Source: Candidatus Omnitrophota bacterium (GTDB taxonomy: Bacteria > Omnitrophota > Gorgyraeia > Velamenicoccales > JABMQK01). Taken from it: a DNA stretch of 64,000 bases. The notes under the pieces were generated by a model. It made no database searches, was not told the origin of the DNA, and saw nothing but the letters and a program-made list of their open reading frames with translations. The position numbers and the translations under genes are program-made. This document shows, one piece after another, positions 18,736 through 27,521 of the stretch (the stretch's first letter is position 1; every line of letters begins with the position of its first letter). The DNA is taken from positions 198,032-262,031 of the forward strand of contig JAQTSV010000001.1 of the NCBI GenBank assembly GCA_028711115.1. The letters run 5' to 3'.

Positions 18736-19512
18736 ATGAGCCAATACTATAACGGAAAGAGAACGCGTAATTTGTTCGATCCTAAAAGCGCTATACCATT
18801 CAAATTAAGTCGTACAAAAATAGATCTTTTTTTATCATGCCCAAGATGTTTTTATCTTGATAGACGGTTAGGTGTTGGACAGCCTCCGGGATTTCCATTT
18901 AGTCTTAATTCGGCTGTAGACACTCTTCTAAAAAAAGAATTTGACGTTTATCGAAAAAACCAAATAGCACACCCTTTAATGAAAGTTTTTGGCATTGACG
19001 CTATTCCGTTTCAACATGAAAATCTCGAAGAATGGCGTGACGCTTTACGGAAAGGAATTTCATATTTTCACAAACCGACAAACTTTACCGTTACCGGTGC
19101 AATAGATGATGTGTGGATGACTCCAGAAGGTGAATTACTGATAGTCGATTATAAAAGTACATCCAAAAAAGAAGAAGTTAATTTAGATGCCGAATGGCAG
19201 ATAACCTATAAAAAACAAATGGAGCTTTATCAGTGGCTTTTTCGTCGGAATGAGTTTAGGGTTTCGGAAACAGGATATTTTGTTTATTGTAATGGTCTGT
19301 CAGATAAAGAAACTTTTGCAAATAAACTCGAATTTGATATAAAAATAATTCCGTATAAGGGTAATGATGCATGGGTTGAGTCAACTTTGATAGATGCTAG
19401 AAAATGTTTAGATGCTGATACGATTCCGAGGGCAAGTCCAGATTGCGATTTTTGCCGATATTGTAAGTTGGTGAAAGAAGTCGAATTGGATAAGGTTGTC
19501 AAGCAGTGCTAA
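18736..19512 (+). CDS. PD-(D/E)xK nuclease, Cas4/RecB-like with Cys cluster
   Basis: Carries GAIDDVW...LLIVDYKST (D...D/ExK) and QMELYQWLF (QxxxY). N-terminal CPRC plus C-terminal CDFCRYC cysteines suggest an Fe-S cluster. Confidence 0.7.
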   Translation: MSQYYNGKRTRNLFDPKSAIPFKLSRTKIDLFLSCPRCFYLDRRLGVGQPPGFPFSLNSAVDTLLKKEFDVYRKNQIAHPLMKVFGIDAIPFQHENLEEWRDALRKGISYFHKPTNFTVTGAIDDVWMTPEGELLIVDYKSTSKKEEVNLDAEWQITYKKQMELYQWLFRRNEFRVSETGYFVYCNGLSDKETFANKLEFDIKIIPYKGNDAWVESTLIDARKCLDADTIPRASPDCDFCRYCKLVKEVELDKVVKQC

Positions 19513-19562
19513 AAAGACAAATATATTTTACGTCTATAAAGTAACGATGTTTTGTGTGCAGA

Positions 19563-19757
19563 TTAAAATTTCAGTAATTCAGCAGGTTTTACCTTCAACG
19601 CTTTAGCAAGTCTTACAATGGTAGTTAATCGTACATCGGGAGGATTTTTACTTTCAATTCTTTGAAGATATTTATAGCTAGTTCCAATAAGTTCTGCTAG
19701 TTGTTCCTGCGTAATACCTCGTTTTCTGCGAAGTTCTTTAATTTTCTTGCCTAACAT
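19563..19757 (-). CDS. XRE-family HTH regulator
   Basis: MLGKKIKELRRKRGITQEQLAELIGTSYKYLQRIESKNP...LAKALKVKPAELL. The upstream 43 codons of the listed ORF are Cys/His-rich junk that overlaps the operators. The start could also be 19778. Confidence 0.7.
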   Translation of the reverse strand: MLGKKIKELRRKRGITQEQLAELIGTSYKYLQRIESKNPPDVRLTTIVRLAKALKVKPAELLKF

Positions 19758-19778
19758 TATTCTAGTAAAAGTATCCAT

Positions 19779-19838
19779 ACACCCTATTATTGCATGGTGT
19801 ATTAATTCTTGACACCCCCAGATATGATGGTGTATACT
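19779..19838. promoter_or_regulatory. two ACACC-N12-GGTGT inverted repeats overlapping a TTGACA-N18-TATACT promoter
   Basis: IR1 is 19779-19800 (acaccctattattgcatggtgt). IR2 is 19812-19833 (acacccccagatatgatggtgt). TTGACA lies at 19809-19814 and TATACT at 19833-19838, facing the HNH gene. Confidence 0.55.
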
Positions 19839-19867
19839 TTGCTTAAAATTTAAAGTGGGAAGATGAG

Positions 19868-20182
19868 ATGAGCAAAGTAATTCCACCTAAATTAAAATTA
19901 AAGATTTTGGCGCGTGATAATTACTTGTGTCGGTATTGTGGTAAGGATGGTTTTGAGTCATTTGAAAGCTGGTGTTATATAGATGTAGACCATTTTGATC
20001 CAACCCTACCAGATACAGAAATCAATAATGAGAATAATCTAGCCACTGCCTGTAGATTTTGTAATTCTCAAAAAGGAGATAAGGGATTCAGAACTATTCA
20101 AGAGGCAAGAGCATTTCTTGTACAACGAAGAATAGAGAAATTTAAAGAATTTCAAATGAGGAAGAAAGAAATAAGAGGTTAA
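19868..20182 (+). CDS. small HNH endonuclease
   Basis: CRYCGK ... DVDHFDP ... NLATACRFCNSQKGD is the HNH zinc-finger pattern. Confidence 0.75.
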   Translation: MSKVIPPKLKLKILARDNYLCRYCGKDGFESFESWCYIDVDHFDPTLPDTEINNENNLATACRFCNSQKGDKGFRTIQEARAFLVQRRIEKFKEFQMRKKEIRG

Positions 20183-20372
20183 CCACATTTTTTCGCCTTC
20201 GCCCAAAAACCTTCCAACCCACAAGTAGAAAGCCTTTTATTTTTTGTTAGAAAGCCTCTAGGAACAAATATTAATTTTTTTTTGGGGAAAGGGTTGGGCG
20301 GATGAGCAATTGTTGTTCCTAAACAATGCTAGAGGGCTTTTCCCAAAGAATGTGATTTTTATTTGAAAGGAG

Positions 20373-20711
20373 ATGAAAATGCAATTTAAGACAATCGAAG
20401 GAGAAGCAATAGTAAAAGAAGGAAAGGCGAATAAAACAAATTTCTTTATCTCTCAAGGCGGAGACCTCTATCTGACTAACAAAAGACTGGTTTTTATAGG
20501 CCATGGTGTTAATATCGCAACCAGTACCTTGGCAGTGAGTTTGAGCGAAGTTTTAATAATCAGAAAGGCTTTCACTTGGACTATTCTTGCTTTGCTTCTT
20601 CCTATTCCAAATGCATTTAAGATAACCTTGAATAACGGTAAAGTATATAAATTTACTGTTTTCAAAAGAGAGGATTGGATTTCCGTCATAGAAAATGCCG
20701 TATCTAGGTAA
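20373..20711 (+). CDS. hypothetical PH/GRAM-like domain protein
   Basis: GGDLYLTNKRLVFIG ... FKITLNNGKVYKFTVFKREDWISVI resembles bacterial PH/GRAM-like domains. AAGGAG RBS is present. Confidence 0.4.
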   Translation: MKMQFKTIEGEAIVKEGKANKTNFFISQGGDLYLTNKRLVFIGHGVNIATSTLAVSLSEVLIIRKAFTWTILALLLPIPNAFKITLNNGKVYKFTVFKREDWISVIENAVSR

Positions 20712-21026
20712 AAGAGAAAAACGATAGTTATTTTTATTGATAATAGCATAGGAAGTGAAACGTAAAATTCAACCTATCAACCGCCCCCCGATTCTTAGAA
20801 GCCTTTATTCTTTGTGAAAACACCCTTCCTTGGTGTTAAAAAGAATTTTCCGGAAAAAACTCCTTTTTTGTCTGAGAAAACCCCAAATAAAGCCTGTCAG
20901 AGCCTTTTTTTCTTCGCCATTTTAGATACGGTTTTTTAATTTTCTTTTTTTATAAAAGTAGAAGAAAATTAAAGGTGACAAGGGAAGACAGAGAAAGATA
21001 AAGACGCAAAGAAATAGGGAGGTGTT

Positions 21027-21779
21027 ATGCGTAAAATACCAGTATTATTAGTTGTTCTATGTTTCGCTGGGATCGGATTTCTTTATGCCGCCCCAGTAGA
21101 TGTGCCTACAAAAATTCAAGGGTTGGAAGGGAATATTCTTAAAAATAAAGAATCAGGTATTGGATTATCGATAGTTGAGGAAGCAGACTTTTTAAGTGAA
21201 AGAAAGTTGGATATAACGGACAGCGAAGACATTGCAGAGGTAAAAGGTCAATTTTATACTACCAAGATAATTTTAACAGTTATTGATAAATTTGATTTTT
21301 ATGGGATTTTTGGAAAAGCAGAGAATTTAGAATACGAAGATAATATTAAACCGAAAGATAAACTTACATGGGGTGTAGGATTGAGTGCGCCAATTTATGA
21401 ATGGAAGAATCACGGTATCAAGCTTTTTGCCGATGGGAAATACAGAACAGTAAACAATATTGATTATACTAGTAATTATGAATTACCCATTCCTCATCAT
21501 CATGGGATTAATCATACATTGCCAAAATTTCTGGTGGATTGGCAAGAATGGCAAGTTGCCTTAGGATTAGCCAAGCATTTTGGACATTTTATGCCCTATC
21601 TTGGTGTCAAGTATTCTGATTTCAGGGAATCCAGCGAAGTATCCTCAAGTTATAGCGACAGTATAGTTGGAATATTTGTGGGTTGTGCCGTAACTCCGAT
21701 GAAGGCATTTTCTATTGACCTACAAGGTCGCTTTATTGATGAAAGAGCACTTACAATAAAAGCTACTTATAAATTTTAA
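21027..21779 (+). CDS. putative outer-membrane beta-barrel protein
   Basis: Has a signal peptide (LVVLCFAGIGFLYA|AP), alternating beta-strand pattern, and C-terminal ...IKATYKF with a terminal Phe. Confidence 0.5.
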   Translation: MRKIPVLLVVLCFAGIGFLYAAPVDVPTKIQGLEGNILKNKESGIGLSIVEEADFLSERKLDITDSEDIAEVKGQFYTTKIILTVIDKFDFYGIFGKAENLEYEDNIKPKDKLTWGVGLSAPIYEWKNHGIKLFADGKYRTVNNIDYTSNYELPIPHHHGINHTLPKFLVDWQEWQVALGLAKHFGHFMPYLGVKYSDFRESSEVSSSYSDSIVGIFVGCAVTPMKAFSIDLQGRFIDERALTIKATYKF

Positions 21780-21966
21780 TACAACTATGATTGGTATGGA
21801 GAATAAATCACTGTTAGGATCAGGAAAAGATAGTGAAAGTATGGGTTTTATATACTTGATGGTATAGGGAAACACTTCTGCTTGAGAACACAGAGATATC
21901 ATTAGTGATGCGTATCAGACATAAAGAAAAATAAACCAATAGTATAGGGAAAATAAAAGTGATTAT

Positions 21967-22500
21967 ATGAAGATAGCTATTTATGCGCGGGTAAGTAAGA
22001 ATGATACGAGTCAAGATCCCCAGAATCAACTTAATCCTCTGCGGGATTTTGCTAAGGCTATTGGTGGTGAGGTAGTATCAGAATATGTTGATTTAGCCTC
22101 TGGAGGCAAAAGTGATAGAGAAAGCTTCTTAATGATGCTGAGTGATGCAGATAAAAGGAAATTCGATCTGTTGCTTATTTGGGCTCTAGATAGATTGTCA
22201 AGAGAAGGTATCAGTAATACACTAGGTTATATGGAGAGACTCAAGAAGAATGGCATTGCTATAAAGTCTTTGCAGGAGTCTTGGTTGGATACGAGGGATG
22301 ACGGTATAGGACAGTTGCTCATAGCGGTATTCTCTTGGGTGGCGCAGCAGGAAAGGAAGAGAATTGTCGAAAGGACAAAGGCGGGACTTGAGCGAGCCAA
22401 GCGAGAAGGCAAAACACTTGGTAGACCAACAGGGAAAAGGGATGGTAGACCGCGATCACGGGCAGGCTATTTTTTACGCCACAAAAAATCCTCCCCCTAA
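21967..22500 (+). CDS. small serine recombinase (resolvase/invertase catalytic domain; no recognisable HTH)
   Basis: Carries MKIAIYARVSKNDTSQDPQNQL, LLIWALDRLSREG and ERTKAGLERAKREGKTLGRP. The tail after GRP is Arg/Lys-rich with no HTH pattern. Confidence 0.75.
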   Translation: MKIAIYARVSKNDTSQDPQNQLNPLRDFAKAIGGEVVSEYVDLASGGKSDRESFLMMLSDADKRKFDLLLIWALDRLSREGISNTLGYMERLKKNGIAIKSLQESWLDTRDDGIGQLLIAVFSWVAQQERKRIVERTKAGLERAKREGKTLGRPTGKRDGRPRSRAGYFLRHKKSSP

Positions 22501-22571
22501 GAATAGACTGTTATTTGAGCTCACGAATAGACCGTCAAAAAATCGCTCGATTATTTGTTTAGTAAAGTCCT

Positions 22572-22733
22572 ATGAAATACAAAGATTGGCTGAGGCTTAT
22601 TAGGAAACATCCGCATAAGGATTTAGATGGTAAATACCTTGCCTACGACGATGGTAAACCAATTGGCGAGATAGTCTTTAAGGAAGGCGTTGTAATTTCC
22701 CGAAAGAAATTAAAGAGGGGAGAAGTAATTTAA
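22572..22733 (+). CDS. hypothetical small ORF (53 aa, hand-translated)
   Basis: MKYKDWLRLIRKHPHKDLDGKYLAYDDGKPIGEIVFKEGVVISRKKLKRGEVI. Below the ORF-track cutoff. No family recognised. Confidence 0.2.
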   Translation: MKYKDWLRLIRKHPHKDLDGKYLAYDDGKPIGEIVFKEGVVISRKKLKRGEVI

Positions 22734-22758
22734 TAGAATATAGAAAGGAAGGTGGCAG

Positions 22759-23508
22759 ATGGAAGGCGGAAGAATGTTGCGTAACTCACAGATTATTGTT
22801 TTAGGTATTTGTATTGCAGCAGCAACGATTGTTTCAAGCATTATTTTATCTCAAGGATTTTTAAAAGTTACGAAGTTCGTTAAAGAACAGATTATAGTTA
22901 CAGGTTCGGCTCAGAAGAACATCAGAAGCGATTACATTGTCTGGAGAGGGATTTTTTCGATTAGACAGGCAGATTTAAAGAGCGCGTATCAGAAGCTTGG
23001 TGAAGATCTGGTAAAAGTCAAAAAATATCTTATTGATAAAAGGGTTGATGAAAAAGAAATAATAGTTTCTCAGATCGTTACAAATAAGATTTACAAGAAG
23101 AATGAAAAGGGGAACGATACAAACGAAATCCAATGGTATGCGTTGAGCCAGACAGTTGAATTGTGTTCGAATGACGTGGACAAGGTAGATAAAATATCCA
23201 GAGAATCCACAGAATTAATAAACGATAATGTGGAATTTGAGTCGCAGGCACCGGAATATTTCTATACCAAACTTGATGAGTTAAAGATAGAGATGCTTGC
23301 TAAGGCCAGCGAGAATGCAAAACAGAGAGCAGAGAGTATGGTTAAGGCCACTGGCAATAAAATAGGTTTTATGAGATCAGCCCGGATGGGCGTGTTCCAG
23401 ATTACGCCAATTAATTCAACCGAGGTTAGTGATTGGGGAGTTAACGATACCACTTCTATTGAAAAGAAAGTAACTGCGGTAGTAAGTGCTAGTTTTGCTA
23501 TTGAATAG
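22759..23508 (+). CDS. SIMPL (DUF541)-like membrane-anchored protein
   Basis: Has an N-terminal TM. IIVTGSAQKNIRSDYIVW..., AKASENAKQRAESMVKATGNKIG and the overall pattern resemble YggE/SIMPL proteins. Confidence 0.5.
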   Translation: MEGGRMLRNSQIIVLGICIAAATIVSSIILSQGFLKVTKFVKEQIIVTGSAQKNIRSDYIVWRGIFSIRQADLKSAYQKLGEDLVKVKKYLIDKRVDEKEIIVSQIVTNKIYKKNEKGNDTNEIQWYALSQTVELCSNDVDKVDKISRESTELINDNVEFESQAPEYFYTKLDELKIEMLAKASENAKQRAESMVKATGNKIGFMRSARMGVFQITPINSTEVSDWGVNDTTSIEKKVTAVVSASFAIE

Positions 23509-23525
23509 TATATAGGTAAGGCAAA

Positions 23526-23939
23526 ATGGGATACGATAGAAAGTTATTAGAATCTTGGATAAGTATGGAGGATTGGGGTGATCATGTCGTTAAGAACGGC
23601 GGACTAGCTTCGAAAGAGGGATTTGATTTTCTCAGCAAAGAATATTTCTTAGAAGTAAAAAGAAAAATAGGCTATTGTAATAAATTATTAAAGAGCCACG
23701 AGGACGCATTTTTGAATTTTGTTATTGCGACGCTCTATGATAAATATGATCTTGATAAATCACCCGCTTATCTTTACAAGCGGTCAGTAAAATATTATTG
23801 CCTGAGAGCACTTGAGATTGATCCTGATTTCACTCCCGCGAAAGAGCTATTGCAGAAAGTAGAGACATGGTTAAACTTTATCGGTGGTGACAAAAACCAA
23901 CATTATATATCAGGAATAGACTTTTTTTCCGGGGATTAA
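23526..23939 (+). CDS. hypothetical protein
   Basis: ORF only. A weak TPR-like stretch (CLRALEIDPDFTPAKELLQK). Confidence 0.3.
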   Translation: MGYDRKLLESWISMEDWGDHVVKNGGLASKEGFDFLSKEYFLEVKRKIGYCNKLLKSHEDAFLNFVIATLYDKYDLDKSPAYLYKRSVKYYCLRALEIDPDFTPAKELLQKVETWLNFIGGDKNQHYISGIDFFSGD

Positions 23940-24014
23940 AAAAGACAAAATAAAGATTGACAAAGTGTATACCTTCGTGGTATCCTTTTATTAAATCAAA
24001 TTTGAGAGGAAATT

Positions 24015-24533
24015 ATGGTATTGACTAAAGCAGCAAAAATAAGAAACGATGAGGGGCTTCTCCTAAACGAATTCTCCCGAAAACTCAGGGAGCGAGGAAT
24101 TGATGTCACCCCTAGGCAGTTGCGGCACTGGGATGCCTCTGGTCTTCTAAAACCATTTATTGATGAATCGAAATATAGGCGTTATAGCTATGATGATATA
24201 GATCAGGCCATATTCATTTTTGTCCTTAATAAGGTGTTAAAATTTAAGTTGCCAAGGATAAGAAACATTTTGAACTGCATGAAACCGGAACAGAAGCTAC
24301 AGGAAATGCTTAACAAAAACCCTGTATCCTTGATGTCCAAGTACAGAAATGCCAAGGGAGAAGAAGGATGGTATTTAAAGAGAGAAATGAGAGATGATAT
24401 AAAGGATATCCAAAATTCTCTCAAGAACTTTAAAGAGAGTATGGAAAAGTTCGAGACAATGCTTGAAGATGCGATAATACATTTCTATAAAGTAATATAC
24501 GAATACCAGCGCAAACTTAATAAAGAGAAGTAG
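24015..24533 (+). CDS. MerR-like HTH regulator
   Basis: VTPRQLRHWDASGLLKP...YRRYSYDDIDQAIFI fits the MerR N-terminal pattern. TTGACA lies at about 23957 upstream. Confidence 0.55.
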   Translation: MVLTKAAKIRNDEGLLLNEFSRKLRERGIDVTPRQLRHWDASGLLKPFIDESKYRRYSYDDIDQAIFIFVLNKVLKFKLPRIRNILNCMKPEQKLQEMLNKNPVSLMSKYRNAKGEEGWYLKREMRDDIKDIQNSLKNFKESMEKFETMLEDAIIHFYKVIYEYQRKLNKEK

Positions 24534-24596
24534 GATTTTTTTTAGGTAAACATTAACACTATGGTAACCTTAATGTAATAGTGTAAGGAGAATGAA

Positions 24597-27269
24597 ATGC
24601 AATATATAGGTAAGGATCAAAAGAATATGGAACTTATTAAAAATCTGTTTGGCGCAAGATTTGATGCCTTTGTAAAACAAATCCAGTTAAATGGTATATC
24701 TTCTTACATTAAAATCGGTAGACCGCTTACTGACACCGATATACAAGATCATCTTTTAGGAAAACATACTTACGGGGTATATGTTGTTTCTAAAGAGAGC
24801 AAGTGTAAATTCTCAGGGTTTGACATTGACATACCCAAAAATATCAATATCGATGAAGAAGCGTGGAAAGAGGTAAAAAACAAAGCTTTAGATCTATTAA
24901 TCACCCTTATGGAAATAGGAGTAAGGCGTGAGCAAATTTTGATAGAACATTCCGGGAGGAGAGGATTCCATATTTGGGTTTTATTTGAAGAAGCTATCCC
25001 AAGCTGGCAAGCCTACTCATTTGCCAAATCGATTTTAGCTAAATCAGGGGTAGCTTGTGAGTTTTTCCCCAAGCAATACCTTATTGGGGATGATGGCTAT
25101 GGTAGCGCAATCAAGCTCCCTTTAGGCATCCACCTGGCTACTGGTCAAAGGAGTCATTTTGTGGATGAAGAATTTAATTCTTTTCAGGATCAATTTGAAT
25201 ATCTGCGTAAGGTGGAACGCATACCAATAAGTTTTATTCAGGACATTCTATTAAAGAACGGCATTCCTTTAGAATCTGAGACAAATGCATTAGAAGTATC
25301 AGAAGACATGGATTTTGATTGGGCAAAGAAGGGTGGTTCATTGGAAGCATTGATTAATAATTGTCGAGCCTTGCAGGAGATTATTGAGAGGGCGATAGAG
25401 ACGGGACATCTTATACACGATGAGAGATTATTTTTAGTTAATATTCTGACCCTATTTGGAGAAGAAGGCGAAAGAAGGATACATGAAATTATTAGTCATT
25501 GTAGTGACTATGACTTCAGCCGGACTCAGAATGAAATCAATTATAGGAAGGACAGAAAATATAAGCCTATGACTTGTCAGTGGCCAAAAGATAGAGGGTT
25601 ATGTAGTTATAGCTGCAATCTTGAGCCAAAGAGTGGGCAGAATGCATCCCCTATTCAACTTTGTTTCAAAACGCATATACGGGATGGGGTGTTTGAGATT
25701 ATGGCAGATAACCAGAATTGCCTTACGTTAAAATCAGTAGATGGTCTAACCTTTAAGCTGTCAGATTTTGAGTCTAATAAATACGGAGTATGGACAAGAA
25801 TTGAGTTATCAGGTAAGGATGGTCGTATTTATACTGATAGATTTATGATTTCGTCAAGCAAGAGCAGAAAACAATTTATAAAGAGGTGTCTTGAGTTCGA
25901 GGGTAAGGAAGAACTTAGCTCTATAGCTATGGAAATGTGCCTCATGTCTATCGAGCAAATCTTAAGAGATAAAATTGCTGAAGAGAATAAACATTCCAAA
26001 CTTAAAAAACCTAAATATGAGATGACTCCAAAAGAAATAGAGGAAGCAATGGTCTTTGCAACTGATCCCGATCTTATTAATAATATCAAGCGGGATCTGG
26101 CACAGCTAGGTCATGTTGGAGAGGATTCAAATAAGTTTCTTCTTTATATAGCTTGCACATCCCGAAAAAGTAAGAAGCCACTTGCCTGTGTTATAAAAGG
26201 ACAGAGTAGTTCTGGTAAAAATGCTTTGGTTCTTACTGTTCTTGATCTTATGCCTGAAGAAGAAAAGAAAGTTATTTCACGGCTTACTCCTAATGCTCTT
26301 TTTTATCTAGCCCAGGATGGACTACCACATTCAATTCTTTGCATCGCAGAAAAAGTTGGCTCTGAGCAGGCAGACTATTCCGTGCGCTCCATGATCAGCG
26401 AAGGGAATTTAGTCAGCTTGACCGTCGTCAAAAATGAACAAACAGGACAGTTTGAGACACAGGAAATAGTGGTTGCTGGTCCCATCGTTTATATTGAGAC
26501 TACAACACAGCTTACTATAAACGATGAGAATGCCACAAGGCTCATAAGTATTTATCTTGATGATTCGGAAATGCAGACATCACGTATCCACGCAGCGCAA
26601 AGACAGGCAAAAACCCTGGATGGTTTAGCAGAAGAAGAGAATATGAGCAAGATTAAACGAAAGCATCAAAACTTTCAGCGACTGCTAAAGGTAGTGAACG
26701 TAGTGATCCCCTATGCCAATCATTTAATCTTTCCCACAGGCTCAATTCGCACACGCAGAGATAACGAGAAGTTTCTTACCTTGATTATAGCGGTTGCGCT
26801 TCTTCGGCAGTTTCAGAAAGAGACCAAGAATAAAAATAATATAACTTACATAGAAGCAGATCTTAAAGATTACCAGCTTGCGTATGAACTAAGTCAGACC
26901 GTGTTGAATCAAACTCTTGATGAGGTCAGCGTAAAAAGCCGAGAGCTCATGGAAATAATTAATAATATGGTTTCAGAATGGCATGGAGACAGCGGGAAAG
27001 GACTCGAGTTACATAACAAAGAATCGGGGCGTATTCTAACCAATATTATCTTTACGAGAGCCGATGTGCGAGACCGTATAAAAAATTGGAGTGATTCTTT
27101 GCTACACGCTTGTATGCGGGAACTTGGCTATCACGATCTATTACGGGTGATTCAGGGTGGTCAAGGGAAGACGTATAAGTATACGCTTCTTAATTGCAAT
27201 CAGAGCGTTAATCAGGTGGCAAATAAATTACTTACGCCAGAGGAATTGAAGGCAAAGATAGATTTGTAA
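24597..27269 (+). CDS. primase-polymerase (AEP/PrimPol) fused to P-loop helicase-like domain
   Basis: GFDIDIPK and HSGRRGFHIWVLF are the AEP catalytic motifs. IKGQSSSGKNALV (Walker A) and ILCIAEKV (Walker B-like) lie in the C-terminal half. Confidence 0.75.
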   Translation: MQYIGKDQKNMELIKNLFGARFDAFVKQIQLNGISSYIKIGRPLTDTDIQDHLLGKHTYGVYVVSKESKCKFSGFDIDIPKNINIDEEAWKEVKNKALDLLITLMEIGVRREQILIEHSGRRGFHIWVLFEEAIPSWQAYSFAKSILAKSGVACEFFPKQYLIGDDGYGSAIKLPLGIHLATGQRSHFVDEEFNSFQDQFEYLRKVERIPISFIQDILLKNGIPLESETNALEVSEDMDFDWAKKGGSLEALINNCRALQEIIERAIETGHLIHDERLFLVNILTLFGEEGERRIHEIISHCSDYDFSRTQNEINYRKDRKYKPMTCQWPKDRGLCSYSCNLEPKSGQNASPIQLCFKTHIRDGVFEIMADNQNCLTLKSVDGLTFKLSDFESNKYGVWTRIELSGKDGRIYTDRFMISSSKSRKQFIKRCLEFEGKEELSSIAMEMCLMSIEQILRDKIAEENKHSKLKKPKYEMTPKEIEEAMVFATDPDLINNIKRDLAQLGHVGEDSNKFLLYIACTSRKSKKPLACVIKGQSSSGKNALVLTVLDLMPEEEKKVISRLTPNALFYLAQDGLPHSILCIAEKVGSEQADYSVRSMISEGNLVSLTVVKNEQTGQFETQEIVVAGPIVYIETTTQLTINDENATRLISIYLDDSEMQTSRIHAAQRQAKTLDGLAEEENMSKIKRKHQNFQRLLKVVNVVIPYANHLIFPTGSIRTRRDNEKFLTLIIAVALLRQFQKETKNKNNITYIEADLKDYQLAYELSQTVLNQTLDEVSVKSRELMEIINNMVSEWHGDSGKGLELHNKESGRILTNIIFTRADVRDRIKNWSDSLLHACMRELGYHDLLRVIQGGQGKTYKYTLLNCNQSVNQVANKLLTPEELKAKIDL

Positions 27270-27521
27270 ACTTTACCATAACTTCGTTTAAAAAAGTTAA
27301 CTCCTCTGTTTACAAAGAGATACAAACGATTTTACTAACTTTTTTAGTTTTTCCGGGGGTAATTGGCGTGAATATGTATAAAGACAAGGGAGCATAAATG
27401 TATATATATTCATTATCTACACTGAAAAAGGTAAAAAGTTTTAATTTTAGTTTAAGTTTGAATTCAAAAACTTTTTTAAAAAAGCTATGAAAAAGTTGAA
27501 AAAGAAAGGAGATGATATTTA

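Noticed and set aside
20937-20977. 12-bp perfect inverted repeat tttaattttctt / aagaaaattaaa
   Set aside because: The stem is AT-only and sits in AT-rich DNA. It has low predicted stability and is plausibly a chance occurrence. It is not called as a terminator.
22364-22603. 79-aa ORF overlapping the 3' end of the serine recombinase. I considered it as a frameshifted HTH domain.
   Set aside because: The translated sequence shows no helix-turn-helix pattern, so I cannot support a frameshift-restored resolvase C-terminus from the sequence alone.
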